The notes: generated by a model from the letters alone, not told the origin. A DNA stretch of 64,000 nucleotides from Candidatus Staskawiczbacteria bacterium (GCA_903928565.1 CAIYRH010000002.1:28-64027), one strand, 5' to 3'; positions 1 to 8,451 are shown, counted from the stretch's first letter. A program made the numbers and translations.

Positions 1-683
1 TTAAGTCTTCCGGCAGTTCTGACAAAAATTCTTTTGCCTCTCCGCTCGGTAATTGGATTTTAAGTTGTTTTGCGTGCAGGAATTGCCTTGTTAATCCTTC
101 TGGAATTTTGGAATTTTTAAAACCGTATAATTTGTCTCCTGCAATTGGATGCTGTAAATAAGAAAAATGACACCTTATTTGGTGGCGTCGGCCGGTTTTA
201 ATTTCTACTTCTACTAAAGTATAATCTTTGTAGCGTGTCAAAACTTTGTACAGCGTAATTGCTTCTCTTTTGCCTTTTGGGTTGGGGTCGCCTAGCGAAT
301 AAACTTTCTGTTTTCTTTTGTCGCTACGAGCTCGGCCAATTAAAGTTTCAATTCTTCCTTCGTTGGCGCTTATGGCTCCTTCAACCAAACATTCATATTT
401 CTTTTCTACCTCTCTATTTTTAAACTGTTTTTGCAAAAAAATCAAGGCCTCGTTGGTTTTTGCCACCAATAAAATGCCCGAAGTGTCTTTATCTAGCCGG
501 TGAACAATGCCGTACCGTGGGGGCTCGCCAACGTCTTTTAAGCTGGAAAATTGTTCTGTTAAATAATCTATCAGAGTTTTTTCTTCGTTTTTTAGAGTTT
601 GGCCTTCGGGAAAAACAACAATACCAGACGGCTTATCAACAACCAGCACATCATTATCTTCGTAAATGGTTTTTATATCCATG
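1..683 (-). CDS. RluA-family pseudouridine synthase (3' end runs off window edge)
   Basis: My translation of the minus strand from ATG (rc of cat 681-683) gives MDIKTIYEDNDVLVVDKPSG...GIVHRLDKDTSGILLVAKT...IKTGRRHQIRCH. HRLDKDTSG and GRxHQIR are RluA/RsuA core motifs. Absent from the ORF track, presumably because no in-window stop. Confidence 0.8.
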
Positions 684-757
684 GTGGGCGGTATAGGACT
701 CGAACCTATGACCCTCTACACGTCAAGTAGATGCTCTACCAACTGAGCTAACCGCCC
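683..757 (-). tRNA. tRNA-Val (anticodon GAC)
   Basis: Minus-strand cloverleaf. Acceptor GGGCGGT/ACCGCCC, anticodon stem TCTAC/GTAGA, loop TTGACGT, T-loop GGTTCGAGTCC, encoded CCA. Confidence 0.85.
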
Positions 758-809
758 TTGTTATCTGAAAGTCCTTCGACTTTGCTCAGCACACATTTCT
801 GCTGAAATG

Positions 810-882
810 TGGGCGCACTAGGACTCGAACCTAGGACCACGGAGGTATAAGCTCCGCGCTCTACCAACTGAGCTATGCGCCC
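810..882 (-). tRNA. tRNA-Ile (anticodon UAU)
   Basis: Minus-strand cloverleaf. Acceptor GGGCGCA/TGCGCCC, anticodon stem CGGAG/CTCCG, loop CTTATAC (anticodon TAT), T-arm CTAGG-TTCGAGT-CCTAG, no encoded CCA. Confidence 0.7.
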
Positions 883-897
883 TCGGCCTAGAGAAGT

Positions 898-2754
898 CTA
901 GGCTTTATTCTTTTTTATGTTTCCTGCATTTCCAATCAATTTTTCGTATTCTTCTCTTTCAATTATTTCTTTTTCAACCAAGGCTTTTGCAACTTTTTCC
1001 AACAATGGTTTTTGTTTTATCAAAATTATTTCGGCTTTCTTTTGAGCTTCTTTAATTACCATGTCTACTTCTTCGTCAATTCTTTCGGCAACTTTTTCAG
1101 AATAATTTCTTTGCTCGGAAATTTCTCGGCCCAAAAATACCATATCATCTTTATCGCCAAAAGCAATTAGTCCCAAAGAAGACATTCCATATTCTTTTAC
1201 CAATTTGCGGGCCATTTCCGAAGCTCTAATTAAGTCATTTGAAGCGCCGGTTGTCATCTCACCAAATTTTATTTTTTCGGCAGAACACCCGCCCAGCAAA
1301 GTAGCAATTTCAGAAATAAACCCTGTTTTTGTGCGCATTTTTCTTTCTTCACTTGGCACTTGTAAAGTGTAGCCCGCTGCCATTCCGCGCGCAATAATAG
1401 AAATTTTTCTAACTGGTTCTGTCTCTGGCATAAATGTTGAAACCAAAGCGTGACCGGCTTCGTGGTAGGCTGCAATTTCTTTTTCTTTTTTAGACAAAAT
1501 GTGCGACTTTCTTTCTGGCCCAAGCAACACTTTTTCAATTGCTTCTAAAAATTCTCGTTGGTCTATTTGGGTTTTGTTTTGGCGGGCGGCAAGAAGGGCG
1601 GCTTCGTTGGCAACGTTGGCTAAATCGGCCCCTGAAAACCCAGGAGTTCTTTCGGCAGTTTCTTTAAAGTTTATATCGCTTGCTAAAGGCTTGTCTTTTG
1701 AGTGAATTTTTAAAATTTCTTCTCGGTCGTGAACATCTGGTGGGTCTAAAACAATTTTTCTGTCAAACCGGCCCGGGCGCAATAGGGCAGGGTCTAAAAT
1801 GTCTGGCCTGTTTGTGGCAGCTAAAATTATCACGCCGGTTTCTTTTTCAAAACCGTCCATTTCAACTAAAATTTGGTTTAAAGTTTGCTCGCGTTCGTCG
1901 TGGCCTCCGCCAATGCCGGCTCCGCGGTGTCTTCCTATTGCGTCTAATTCGTCAATAAAAATTATAGAAGGCGAAGATTTTTTTGCAGTTGCAAACAAGT
2001 CGCGCACGCGGGCGGAACCAACTCCAACAAACATTTCCACAAATTCCGACCCCGAAACCGACAAAAATGGCACATTGGCTTCGCCAGCAACCGCTCGCGC
2101 TAACAAAGTTTTTCCAACTCCCGCACTTCCTACAAGTAAAACTCCTCTTGGAATTTTAGCTCCCATTGCCAAATATTTTTTAGGAAATTTTAAGAAATCT
2201 ACAATTTCAACTAATTCTTCTTTGGCTTCTTTTAATCCGGCAACATCTTTAAAAGTTATTTTTTCTTTGCTGTGGCCTTCGGCGCCAAATAATCTTGCTT
2301 TGGCTTTTGTAAAATCAAATGCTTGGCCAGCTCCGGTTTTTGCCTGTTTTATCATTGTCCAGAAGAAAAATCCAAACACAACCAGTGGCAAAATTCCAAA
2401 AACTAAAAGTGGTGTTAACCAGCTCCACAAATCTTGTTTTGCAACTTGGTTTGAAACATCAACTTTTGCCAAATTTTCTTTATTAACTCCCAAGTTTAGC
2501 AACAAGTCTGTTAAGCTTGTTCCACTTTCTTTCATTGAGGTGGCGGTTTTGTTGTCTGTGTAAGTAATGTTTAAAACGTCTCCGGCAGTTGTAATTTTTT
2601 TAACATTTCCGGCATTAACATCTGTAACTAATTTGGTTATGGAAATTTCGTTGGGGGTTGTGCTGGGGTAGTAAAGCAAGCTAAAAATTCCGCCAATTAC
2701 TAGCAAAATTAAAACCACAAAAATAAAGTTTTTTAACAAAGAATTATTTTTCAT
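898..2754 (-). CDS. ftsH: ATP-dependent zinc metalloprotease FtsH
   Basis: 618-aa ORF with N-terminal TM segments, Walker A GSAGVGKT, Walker B IIFIDELD and zinc site HEAGHA. Confidence 0.95.
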   Translation of the reverse strand: MKNNSLLKNFIFVVLILLVIGGIFSLLYYPSTTPNEISITKLVTDVNAGNVKKITTAGDVLNITYTDNKTATSMKESGTSLTDLLLNLGVNKENLAKVDVSNQVAKQDLWSWLTPLLVFGILPLVVFGFFFWTMIKQAKTGAGQAFDFTKAKARLFGAEGHSKEKITFKDVAGLKEAKEELVEIVDFLKFPKKYLAMGAKIPRGVLLVGSAGVGKTLLARAVAGEANVPFLSVSGSEFVEMFVGVGSARVRDLFATAKKSSPSIIFIDELDAIGRHRGAGIGGGHDEREQTLNQILVEMDGFEKETGVIILAATNRPDILDPALLRPGRFDRKIVLDPPDVHDREEILKIHSKDKPLASDINFKETAERTPGFSGADLANVANEAALLAARQNKTQIDQREFLEAIEKVLLGPERKSHILSKKEKEIAAYHEAGHALVSTFMPETEPVRKISIIARGMAAGYTLQVPSEERKMRTKTGFISEIATLLGGCSAEKIKFGEMTTGASNDLIRASEMARKLVKEYGMSSLGLIAFGDKDDMVFLGREISEQRNYSEKVAERIDEEVDMVIKEAQKKAEIILIKQKPLLEKVAKALVEKEIIEREEYEKLIGNAGNIKKNKA

Positions 2755-2830
2755 ATGTATATATATTTATATAACTAGTTTATCATAATTTTTAAATTAA
2801 TTCAAATGCCACATTGAGGTTACCCCGTAT

Positions 2831-2878
2831 AAAAAAAGAAGGGGACGCGCAGATGCTGTTATACATATGCACGTCCCC
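2831..2878 (-). terminator. Intrinsic terminator of the 554-aa high-GC gene
   Basis: Minus-sense GGGGACG...CGTCCCC stem (plus 2841-2878) followed by TTCTTTTTTT (plus 2831-2840), about 45 nt after the stop at 2923. Confidence 0.6.
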
Positions 2879-2922
2879 CCTGGTCCTAACCGACGGTTGT
2901 GTCGGGTTGGACATGGTTGACG

Positions 2923-4587
2923 TCAGGCGACGTCGTCGGTGGCCATTTCGGCGTCATCTTCCGGTTGCTCCGGAGTCGTCGCCTCGTGGGTCACCTTCGT
3001 TTGCCACCTTATTTTATCGAGGTACCAGCCAAGGCGGTGACTTGCCATGGTGACCGTTGCGGGGAATCGTTTTCCCTCGAACTCTGCAAGCACGGGCTTG
3101 AGGTTTGATGCAATTTCCATCACCTCGAGCTCACGCTTGCCATCTTCCGCAGGCACCCATTTGACAAGGAGCCCCGGATTGACTACATCCTCGCTGGTGA
3201 CGATTCCATCGAGGTGCAAGAGACACGGCTTGTTCAAGAGGTCGTCCTGAGACTTGCCGTTGAGCCCGAAGAACTCAACGGGCGACAGCTCGCTCACGCC
3301 TTGCATTAGGCGGATTTCCTCCGCCCGTTTTTCGGCGTCGATGGCTGCGACCCATGCCCTGTGGAACATGTACCAGAGCTTCGCCGCTTTGTCGGCCCTT
3401 TTGCGTGCATCTGGATAGGGACAGCGCAGTTTGGCCTTGATTGTATCGGCGAGGTCGAGTTTCTTTCTATCGACCTCCTCGAATTTCCACCCGGTCAGGG
3501 CTTTCCGTCCGAGGCGGACTTCCAACTTCACCATCTCGTCGATGGCGGCTTCCAAGGACCCAACGCCTTTCAAGGGAAAGACGGCGTTCCCGCTGAATTC
3601 CAGGAACAAGTTTCCCCCACCACGCCGGCGCCAAACCATTTTTGGTTTGCCGTCGACGACGATCACGTTGCCGTGGTCGTCGGTGTCTTTGGCGAGGTAG
3701 AACTCGGTGGGAACTGCGATACAGCACTTGCCGTCCGCGGCTTCCATGATCGCCTGCTTGGCCGTGATGTTGACCTCGCTGGTGATGCGAGTCAAGGCCG
3801 CGGAGCGCCGTTGGGCTTCTAAGCGGTCCGACAGGCGAGTCAGCTTGTTAGCAGCCGCGGTGAGGCGGCGAACTTGCCCGGGCAAGAAGCCCAGTTTCGC
3901 GGGAAACTGGAACAACCCGTACCCAACGCGGACCGTTGTGCGGTCTTGTTCCCGGTTGTCGACCGGGACCAACAAGCCTCGTTTGATGAGGCCCTTTGGG
4001 CCGTGGATGAGGTCCTTGATTTGTTTCGACGAGGACCAGGCCATCGTCAGAATCGCGTCAAGGAACCCGAGGGCGGCGGCAGTGAGATACACGCCCGTGC
4101 GAGCCAAAGCTTTGTCGATTTGCTCCTCGGCAGCAGCGATAACCGCCCCCGAGGTTTGCTTGACGGACTGCACGGCGATTTCGTCGCCGGTCGCTTCCGC
4201 ATCGGCGATGGCCTTGAGTGGCGAAAACATGAAAGCGACTGCGGCAGCCATTGCGGCCTCCACTTTCTTGGCGTTTTCCTGCAGTTTTTTCGGGTCGGCG
4301 TCGTCGCCGAGTACTGGGGCGACGAAATCGAAGCATTCTTCCTGTTGGGGAAGAGCAACGGTTTCGCCTTCGGCCGGTTTGGCAACCGAGGCCGCGACGA
4401 GGGCCTTGAGACTCGGCTTGACGGGTTCTTTGGGCCCTTTCTTGCCGCCCTTCTTTTCGGGAAGTGCCGGCTGTTGCGCTTGGGTGCCACCATTGACGGC
4501 GGCTTCCAACACATCGCCGAGGTTTGTTGTCGGCGGCGGGCTGGTGGGCGTCAATGTTAGCTTTTCTAGTTCTGGGGTTGGTTTCAT
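2923..4587 (-). CDS. Orphan high-GC protein, 554 aa, no recognised family
   Basis: Long uninterrupted ORF with strong GC3 codon bias, foreign to the AT-rich backbone. It has its own promoter and terminator. P/T/K-rich N-terminus, one hydrophobic stretch (TGVYLTAAALGFLDAILTMAW), no motif I recognise. Confidence 0.75.
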   Translation of the reverse strand: MKPTPELEKLTLTPTSPPPTTNLGDVLEAAVNGGTQAQQPALPEKKGGKKGPKEPVKPSLKALVAASVAKPAEGETVALPQQEECFDFVAPVLGDDADPKKLQENAKKVEAAMAAAVAFMFSPLKAIADAEATGDEIAVQSVKQTSGAVIAAAEEQIDKALARTGVYLTAAALGFLDAILTMAWSSSKQIKDLIHGPKGLIKRGLLVPVDNREQDRTTVRVGYGLFQFPAKLGFLPGQVRRLTAAANKLTRLSDRLEAQRRSAALTRITSEVNITAKQAIMEAADGKCCIAVPTEFYLAKDTDDHGNVIVVDGKPKMVWRRRGGGNLFLEFSGNAVFPLKGVGSLEAAIDEMVKLEVRLGRKALTGWKFEEVDRKKLDLADTIKAKLRCPYPDARKRADKAAKLWYMFHRAWVAAIDAEKRAEEIRLMQGVSELSPVEFFGLNGKSQDDLLNKPCLLHLDGIVTSEDVVNPGLLVKWVPAEDGKRELEVMEIASNLKPVLAEFEGKRFPATVTMASHRLGWYLDKIRWQTKVTHEATTPEQPEDDAEMATDDVA

Positions 4588-4690
4588 TGCGGTGTGCCCT
4601 TGCGGGCGGTGTTTGGTTTCAGTTGAGCCCCCTTTTTGGAGGCGTGGTTGTTTTAGTTGTGTTCCACCTTTAGTATCAAAGGACTGATTT

Positions 4691-4719
4691 AATTATACAT
4701 AAATTTAAGTATATGTCAA
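4691..4719 (-). promoter_or_regulatory. Sigma70-type promoter of the 554-aa gene
   Basis: Minus sense: TTGACA (plus 4714-4719) - 17 nt ending TGt - ATAATT (plus 4691-4696). Alternative reading is TATAAT with a 16-nt spacer. Confidence 0.6.
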
Positions 4720-4772
4720 TAGTTTGTAGGCAAAAAAAAGCAGGGTGAGGGTTCACACTGCAAGGCGAAAGG

Positions 4773-5402
4773 TTAAACCACTTGGTCTAACATAAAAAGT
4801 AATTTTTCCCCGGTAGCGGGGTCTACGTCAACCAGGTCGACAATCTCCTTATTCCAGGCCAGGGCTTCTTCGGTCGGCGGCGCAAGCGAAATGCGTATTC
4901 CGCATTCTCTTGCTTGTTTGAGCATTGGGATGTAGTCCTTATCTGCTGCGGCTAGGCAAATGTCTGTAACATTAGATTGGGAATGAATCATCGACAAAGT
5001 CCAATCAATAATGGCATCGTCAACGGTGTCAACAACATCTTTGTATAGACCAGATTTAGTGTCGAGCTTTGGTTCTGGAAGTTCTAGCTTGGGACATAGC
5101 TCCGTCGTAAAGTTCAACCCGACAATAATTCTGGAGTGCGGGGCGCTAAGATGCTCGGGCACGAAAATTCTCCCGTGACCTTCGGAAATTTTGCCATCTC
5201 TGGCCACGGTTCCGTGGCCCCAAAGTTTTCCATGGCTTTGCACCCACTCTTTTAGTTTTCTAAGCCGGTACTCAAGGTTAACGTCCTCAAAATTATTATC
5301 GTATTTGTCTGCGAGTGAGTAAAAAACATTTTCCCAATCTATGGGTAAAATGTAAACCCTGTTTTCCGGTGGGATTTCCGGCGGGCTGGTTGTTGTTTGC
5401 AT
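4773..5402 (-). CDS. NYN/LabA-like domain protein (putative RNase), 209 aa
   Basis: RVYILPIDWENVFY..., DVVDTVDDAIIDW... and ICLAAADKDYIPMLKQARECGIRISL match the three acidic blocks of the NYN fold. The ORF-track start (5483) is the TTG of a TTGACA -35 box, so I use ATG 5402. Confidence 0.6.
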   Translation of the reverse strand: MQTTTSPPEIPPENRVYILPIDWENVFYSLADKYDNNFEDVNLEYRLRKLKEWVQSHGKLWGHGTVARDGKISEGHGRIFVPEHLSAPHSRIIVGLNFTTELCPKLELPEPKLDTKSGLYKDVVDTVDDAIIDWTLSMIHSQSNVTDICLAAADKDYIPMLKQARECGIRISLAPPTEEALAWNKEIVDLVDVDPATGEKLLFMLDQVV

Positions 5403-5454
5403 GGCTGGCTGGCTGGTTTGATTATCAAAATTCAACTTGAGATTCGATGAATTC

Positions 5455-5483
5455 AATCTATCAATATATTCTAAAATTGTCAA
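5455..5483 (-). promoter_or_regulatory. Sigma70-type promoter of the NYN gene
   Basis: Minus sense: ccTTGACA (plus 5478-5483) - 17 nt ending TGa - TAGATT (plus 5455-5460). Confidence 0.5.
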
Positions 5484-5494
5484 GGGCTTTGCCC

Positions 5495-5524
5495 AAAAAA
5501 AATGGGCGGGTGCCCATTTTTTTT
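5495..5524 (-). terminator. Intrinsic (bidirectional-looking) terminator after the S1 gene
   Basis: AAAAAAAA-TGGGC-GGGT-GCCCA-TTTTTTTT, about 25 nt downstream of the stop at 5550 on the minus strand. Confidence 0.7.
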
Positions 5525-5549
5525 ATTTCTACAAACTACTCACGATAAA

Positions 5550-6623
5550 CTACTTAACTAGCTTAAGGCTCATTCTATGTTCTTTAGGTTCTATTAATAT
5601 AACCGTAAAGTTATAGGTTTTACCAATTTCAAGTTGTTCTTCCATTTTTTCTTTGCTTTCAAATTCTGAAATATGGCAAAGGCCTCTAATTTTTGGCGCA
5701 ATTTCCACAAAAGCTCCAAAAGTTGAAAACTTAGTAACTTTTCCTTTTATAACGTCGTCCTTTTTGTATTCTTTTTCAATTTCTTCCCAAGGATTTTTTT
5801 TCAAAGATTTTAACGAAAGAAAAACTTGGTTGTTGTTTATGTTGATAATTTGAGCTTTAACGGCTTCACCAACTTTTACAACTTCGGCAGGGTTTTCAAC
5901 CAATTGCCAATCTAATTCAGAAATGTGAATTAAGCCTTCAATTTGTTCGTTTTCATCTTCAACGGGGAAGGGGAATTTTATAAAAGCTCCAAAATCGGCA
6001 ATGCCGGTTATTTGGCCTTCTACAATGTCGCCCTTTTTATAATTCTTTAAAGTTTCTTTGGTTTTTTCTTCTGATTTTGCTTTTTCTGAAAGAATTAATT
6101 TATTTTCTTCGGCCAACAAGTCAAGAATTTTAACTTCTAAAGTTTTACCAATAAATTTTTGTAATTCTTTTAATATTTTTTGTTTGTCGGCGTCGGCTAC
6201 CCTGGGGTAGTGCTCGGCAGACAATTGCGAAACTGGCAAGAAGGCCTGAATGCCATCTAAACTTGTTAACAAGCCACCTTTGTTCACGCCAGTAACTCTA
6301 ACACTTAAAACTGTGCCGGCGTCGCGCAAATCTTTTAGTCTTTGCCAGCCAATTTCTTTGGTGGCGTCGCGCAACGAAAGTTCTTTATAGCCTTCGTCGT
6401 TTTCCATTTCAACAATTTTGGCAAAAACTTTGTCTCCTGTTTCAAGATTTTTAACAATGTCTTTTACATTGTAAAATTCTCTGCCATAAATTATGCCGGT
6501 GCCGTGAATTCCCAAGTCTATGTAAAGGGAAGACCTATCACGCGCAACAACTTTACCCTCTACTGTTGAACCAACGTTAAGGGGAGCTGAAGCGTCGTCA
6601 ATTTTTTTTGTATCTTTTAACAT
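5550..6623 (-). CDS. rpsA: 30S ribosomal protein S1-like (four S1 domains)
   Basis: 357 aa with four repeats of the S1 OB-fold pattern (G.VV/G.V...GAFV/GLIHISE). Confidence 0.8.
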   Translation of the reverse strand: MLKDTKKIDDASAPLNVGSTVEGKVVARDRSSLYIDLGIHGTGIIYGREFYNVKDIVKNLETGDKVFAKIVEMENDEGYKELSLRDATKEIGWQRLKDLRDAGTVLSVRVTGVNKGGLLTSLDGIQAFLPVSQLSAEHYPRVADADKQKILKELQKFIGKTLEVKILDLLAEENKLILSEKAKSEEKTKETLKNYKKGDIVEGQITGIADFGAFIKFPFPVEDENEQIEGLIHISELDWQLVENPAEVVKVGEAVKAQIININNNQVFLSLKSLKKNPWEEIEKEYKKDDVIKGKVTKFSTFGAFVEIAPKIRGLCHISEFESKEKMEEQLEIGKTYNFTVILIEPKEHRMSLKLVK

Positions 6624-6850
6624 ATTTATTTAGGGTTTTTCAAAAACCATAAAAAAAGACCGGTTTATTTTTCTCTCCTCTATAAAGAGGATTCTGCTGC
6701 CGCTCAGCAGTATTACTTATTAATGTATTCAATATACACTAAATATGGCGTTTTGCAATAGTTGACTAAATGTTTTTTATAATATAGGGTTTAAGTAGCT
6801 CATTGTCATTTCTAAAATGAGCAAAAATTTTAAACCGAAAGGAACACACA

Positions 6851-7138
6851 ATGAACACGCACAATTCTGTATATGAGGCTCCTAAGAAGCGCGAACCGGT
6901 AGATCTTGTGGGCAAGACTGTCCGCATTGTCGGTTGTTATGCAACGCACCACGAGCTTGATAATGGCGTTTGCCTTTGTAGGTTGAAAGGCCAAGTGCGA
7001 AAAGTTGTCAAAAACGTTGGCTTTGGGCTTTACAAAATTGAAGGCGTAGCGCGGTCAATTTCCGATGGAGAATTCCAATTGCTTGAGGTTCAACCAGCCA
7101 CACAAACAATCGGCGAAGTCGCTCAAAATGAAAAATAA
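6851..7138 (+). CDS. Hypothetical protein, 95 aa (intermediate GC)
   Basis: ATG ORF preceded by aaaggaacacaca and followed by a terminator. No recognisable motif. Visibly more GC-rich than its neighbours. Confidence 0.5.
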   Translation: MNTHNSVYEAPKKREPVDLVGKTVRIVGCYATHHELDNGVCLCRLKGQVRKVVKNVGFGLYKIEGVARSISDGEFQLLEVQPATQTIGEVAQNEK

Positions 7139-7168
7139 AAAGCCCGCTTTATGTCGGCTTCTTTTTTT
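7139..7168 (+). terminator. Intrinsic terminator
   Basis: AAGCC-CGCTTTATGTC-GGCTT hairpin followed by CTTTTTTT, directly after the stop at 7138. Confidence 0.55.
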
Positions 7169-7245
7169 ACAAATATTTTTGCAATACTTGTAGTTAAAAA
7201 TTGTTTGTGATAAAATTATATAAATTATATCGCCACGCTAAAACT

Positions 7246-7500
7246 ATGGAAAAGAGCTATACAAGAGATGTATTAGCGAAAGACAGAACCCATTTAGCCA
7301 ATGAGAGAACTTTTTTATCATATTTAAGAACATCACTGGCGCTGTTGGCTTTGGGATTTTTTCTGTTAAAATTTATACCTTCTAAGGCTATTGTGGCCTT
7401 TGGTGTGGCAATAATAATATCAGGATTTATATTATTTTTTTATGGCGTGAGAAGATTTTTTTCTGTTAAGAAAAAAATAAAGAGCGGACAAAATTTTTAG
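7246..7500 (+). CDS. DUF202/YidH-family membrane protein
   Basis: LANERTFLSYLRTSLALLALGF is the DUF202 signature, and there are two TM helices. I prefer ATG 7246 (MEKSY...) to the TTG at 7201. Confidence 0.7.
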   Translation: MEKSYTRDVLAKDRTHLANERTFLSYLRTSLALLALGFFLLKFIPSKAIVAFGVAIIISGFILFFYGVRRFFSVKKKIKSGQNF

Positions 7501-7523
7501 AAATTTAATTCAAAAAACCATTT

Positions 7524-8186
7524 ATGGCAAAAATTAGTTGGGCAGGGCAATCTTGCTTTCAAATTTCAGTTTCTAACTCAAGAGACCATTCAGCCGATAT
7601 TGTTATAGACCCATTTGAAGAAAAAATAGGGTTTAAACTTCCTAATATGTCTGCAGACATTGTTTTGGTTTCTCACGACCACTACGACCACAACAATGTA
7701 AAAGACATTAAGGGCGACCCATTTGTTATAACAGGCCCCGGTGAATACGAGGCCAAAGGAATTTTTATAAAAGGAATTCCTTCTTTTCACGACGACAAAG
7801 GTGGCAAAGAAAGGGGCAAAAACACAATTTATGTAATAGAAGCTGAAGATATGAAGTTTTGCCACTTGGGAGATTTAGGGCAACAACAATTAACAGACGA
7901 CCAGCTAGAACAAATTGACGGCATTGATGTTTTAATGATTCCCGTGGGTGGCGCCGGCTACACAATTGATTCGTCTGCGGCACAAAAAATAATTGCTGAA
8001 ATTGAACCGCGAATTGTAATTCCAATGCATTATGCATTGCCAAAATTAAAAGTAGATTTAGATGATGTTGCAAAATTTTTAAAAACAATGGGAAAACAAG
8101 CTATTGCTCCGCAAGATAAATTAGTTGTTAAAGAAAGTGCTTTGCCAAAAGAGGGGGCAATGGAAATAGTAGTTTTGCAACCATAA
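7524..8186 (+). CDS. MBL-fold metal-dependent hydrolase (UPF0173-like)
   Basis: 220 aa with the HDHYDH metal-binding motif and beta-lactamase-fold spacing. Confidence 0.8.
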   Translation: MAKISWAGQSCFQISVSNSRDHSADIVIDPFEEKIGFKLPNMSADIVLVSHDHYDHNNVKDIKGDPFVITGPGEYEAKGIFIKGIPSFHDDKGGKERGKNTIYVIEAEDMKFCHLGDLGQQQLTDDQLEQIDGIDVLMIPVGGAGYTIDSSAAQKIIAEIEPRIVIPMHYALPKLKVDLDDVAKFLKTMGKQAIAPQDKLVVKESALPKEGAMEIVVLQP

Positions 8187-8187
8187 G

Positions 8188-8282
8188 AACGCTCGGCAAC
8201 AAACTTTTTTCCGATGCAGGTAACTCCCTTTGCCTTTTCAGGCAAGTGGACCTGGGTCTACAAAAAGTTCATTGCCTCGCTT
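8188..8282 (+). repeat. 95-nt structured repeat, copy A (3'-UTR element or MITE-like)
   Basis: 90/95 identical (my alignment) to the reverse complement of 15857-15951. Starts 2 nt after the MBL stop. A 15-position outer helix (GGCAACAAACTTTTT/AAAAAGTTCATTGCC) encloses CAGGT/ACCTG and TTGCC/GGCAA helices. Confidence 0.75.
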
Positions 8283-8289
8283 CACGATT

Positions 8290-8451
8290 ATGAGCTTTAA
8301 AGATAAAATTACAAAATTGCAAAATTTGTCAGAAACCAAAAAAAAGGTTATCCTTTGGGTAATTGTAGCAATTTTAGGTTTAGTAATGGGATATTTTTGG
8401 GTTCGTGGGGCGTTAGACACCGTTTCTAATTTAGGGAATATAGTGAAATAA
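8290..8451 (+). CDS. Small membrane protein, 53 aa
   Basis: MSFKDKITKLQNLSETKKKVILWVIVAILGLVMGYFWV has a single TM. The ORF-track start at 8230 lies inside the repeat element, so ATG 8290 is preferred. Confidence 0.45.
   Translation: MSFKDKITKLQNLSETKKKVILWVIVAILGLVMGYFWVRGALDTVSNLGNIVK

Noticed and set aside
1499-2563. Antisense ORFs within ftsH (1799-2563, 254 aa, and others), and similarly within gyrA (10236-10688), recG and the R-M gene.
   Set aside because: They lie entirely inside strongly supported conserved genes on the opposite strand and have low-complexity translations.
3047-4687. Many plus-strand ORFs (for example 3361-3822, 3707-4687, 3874-4560) and extra minus-frame ORFs inside island 1.
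   Set aside because: They are shadow ORFs expected in GC-rich DNA because stop codons are rare. All are antisense or out of frame to the single 554-aa ORF, which has the promoter, the terminator and a consistent GC3 codon pattern.
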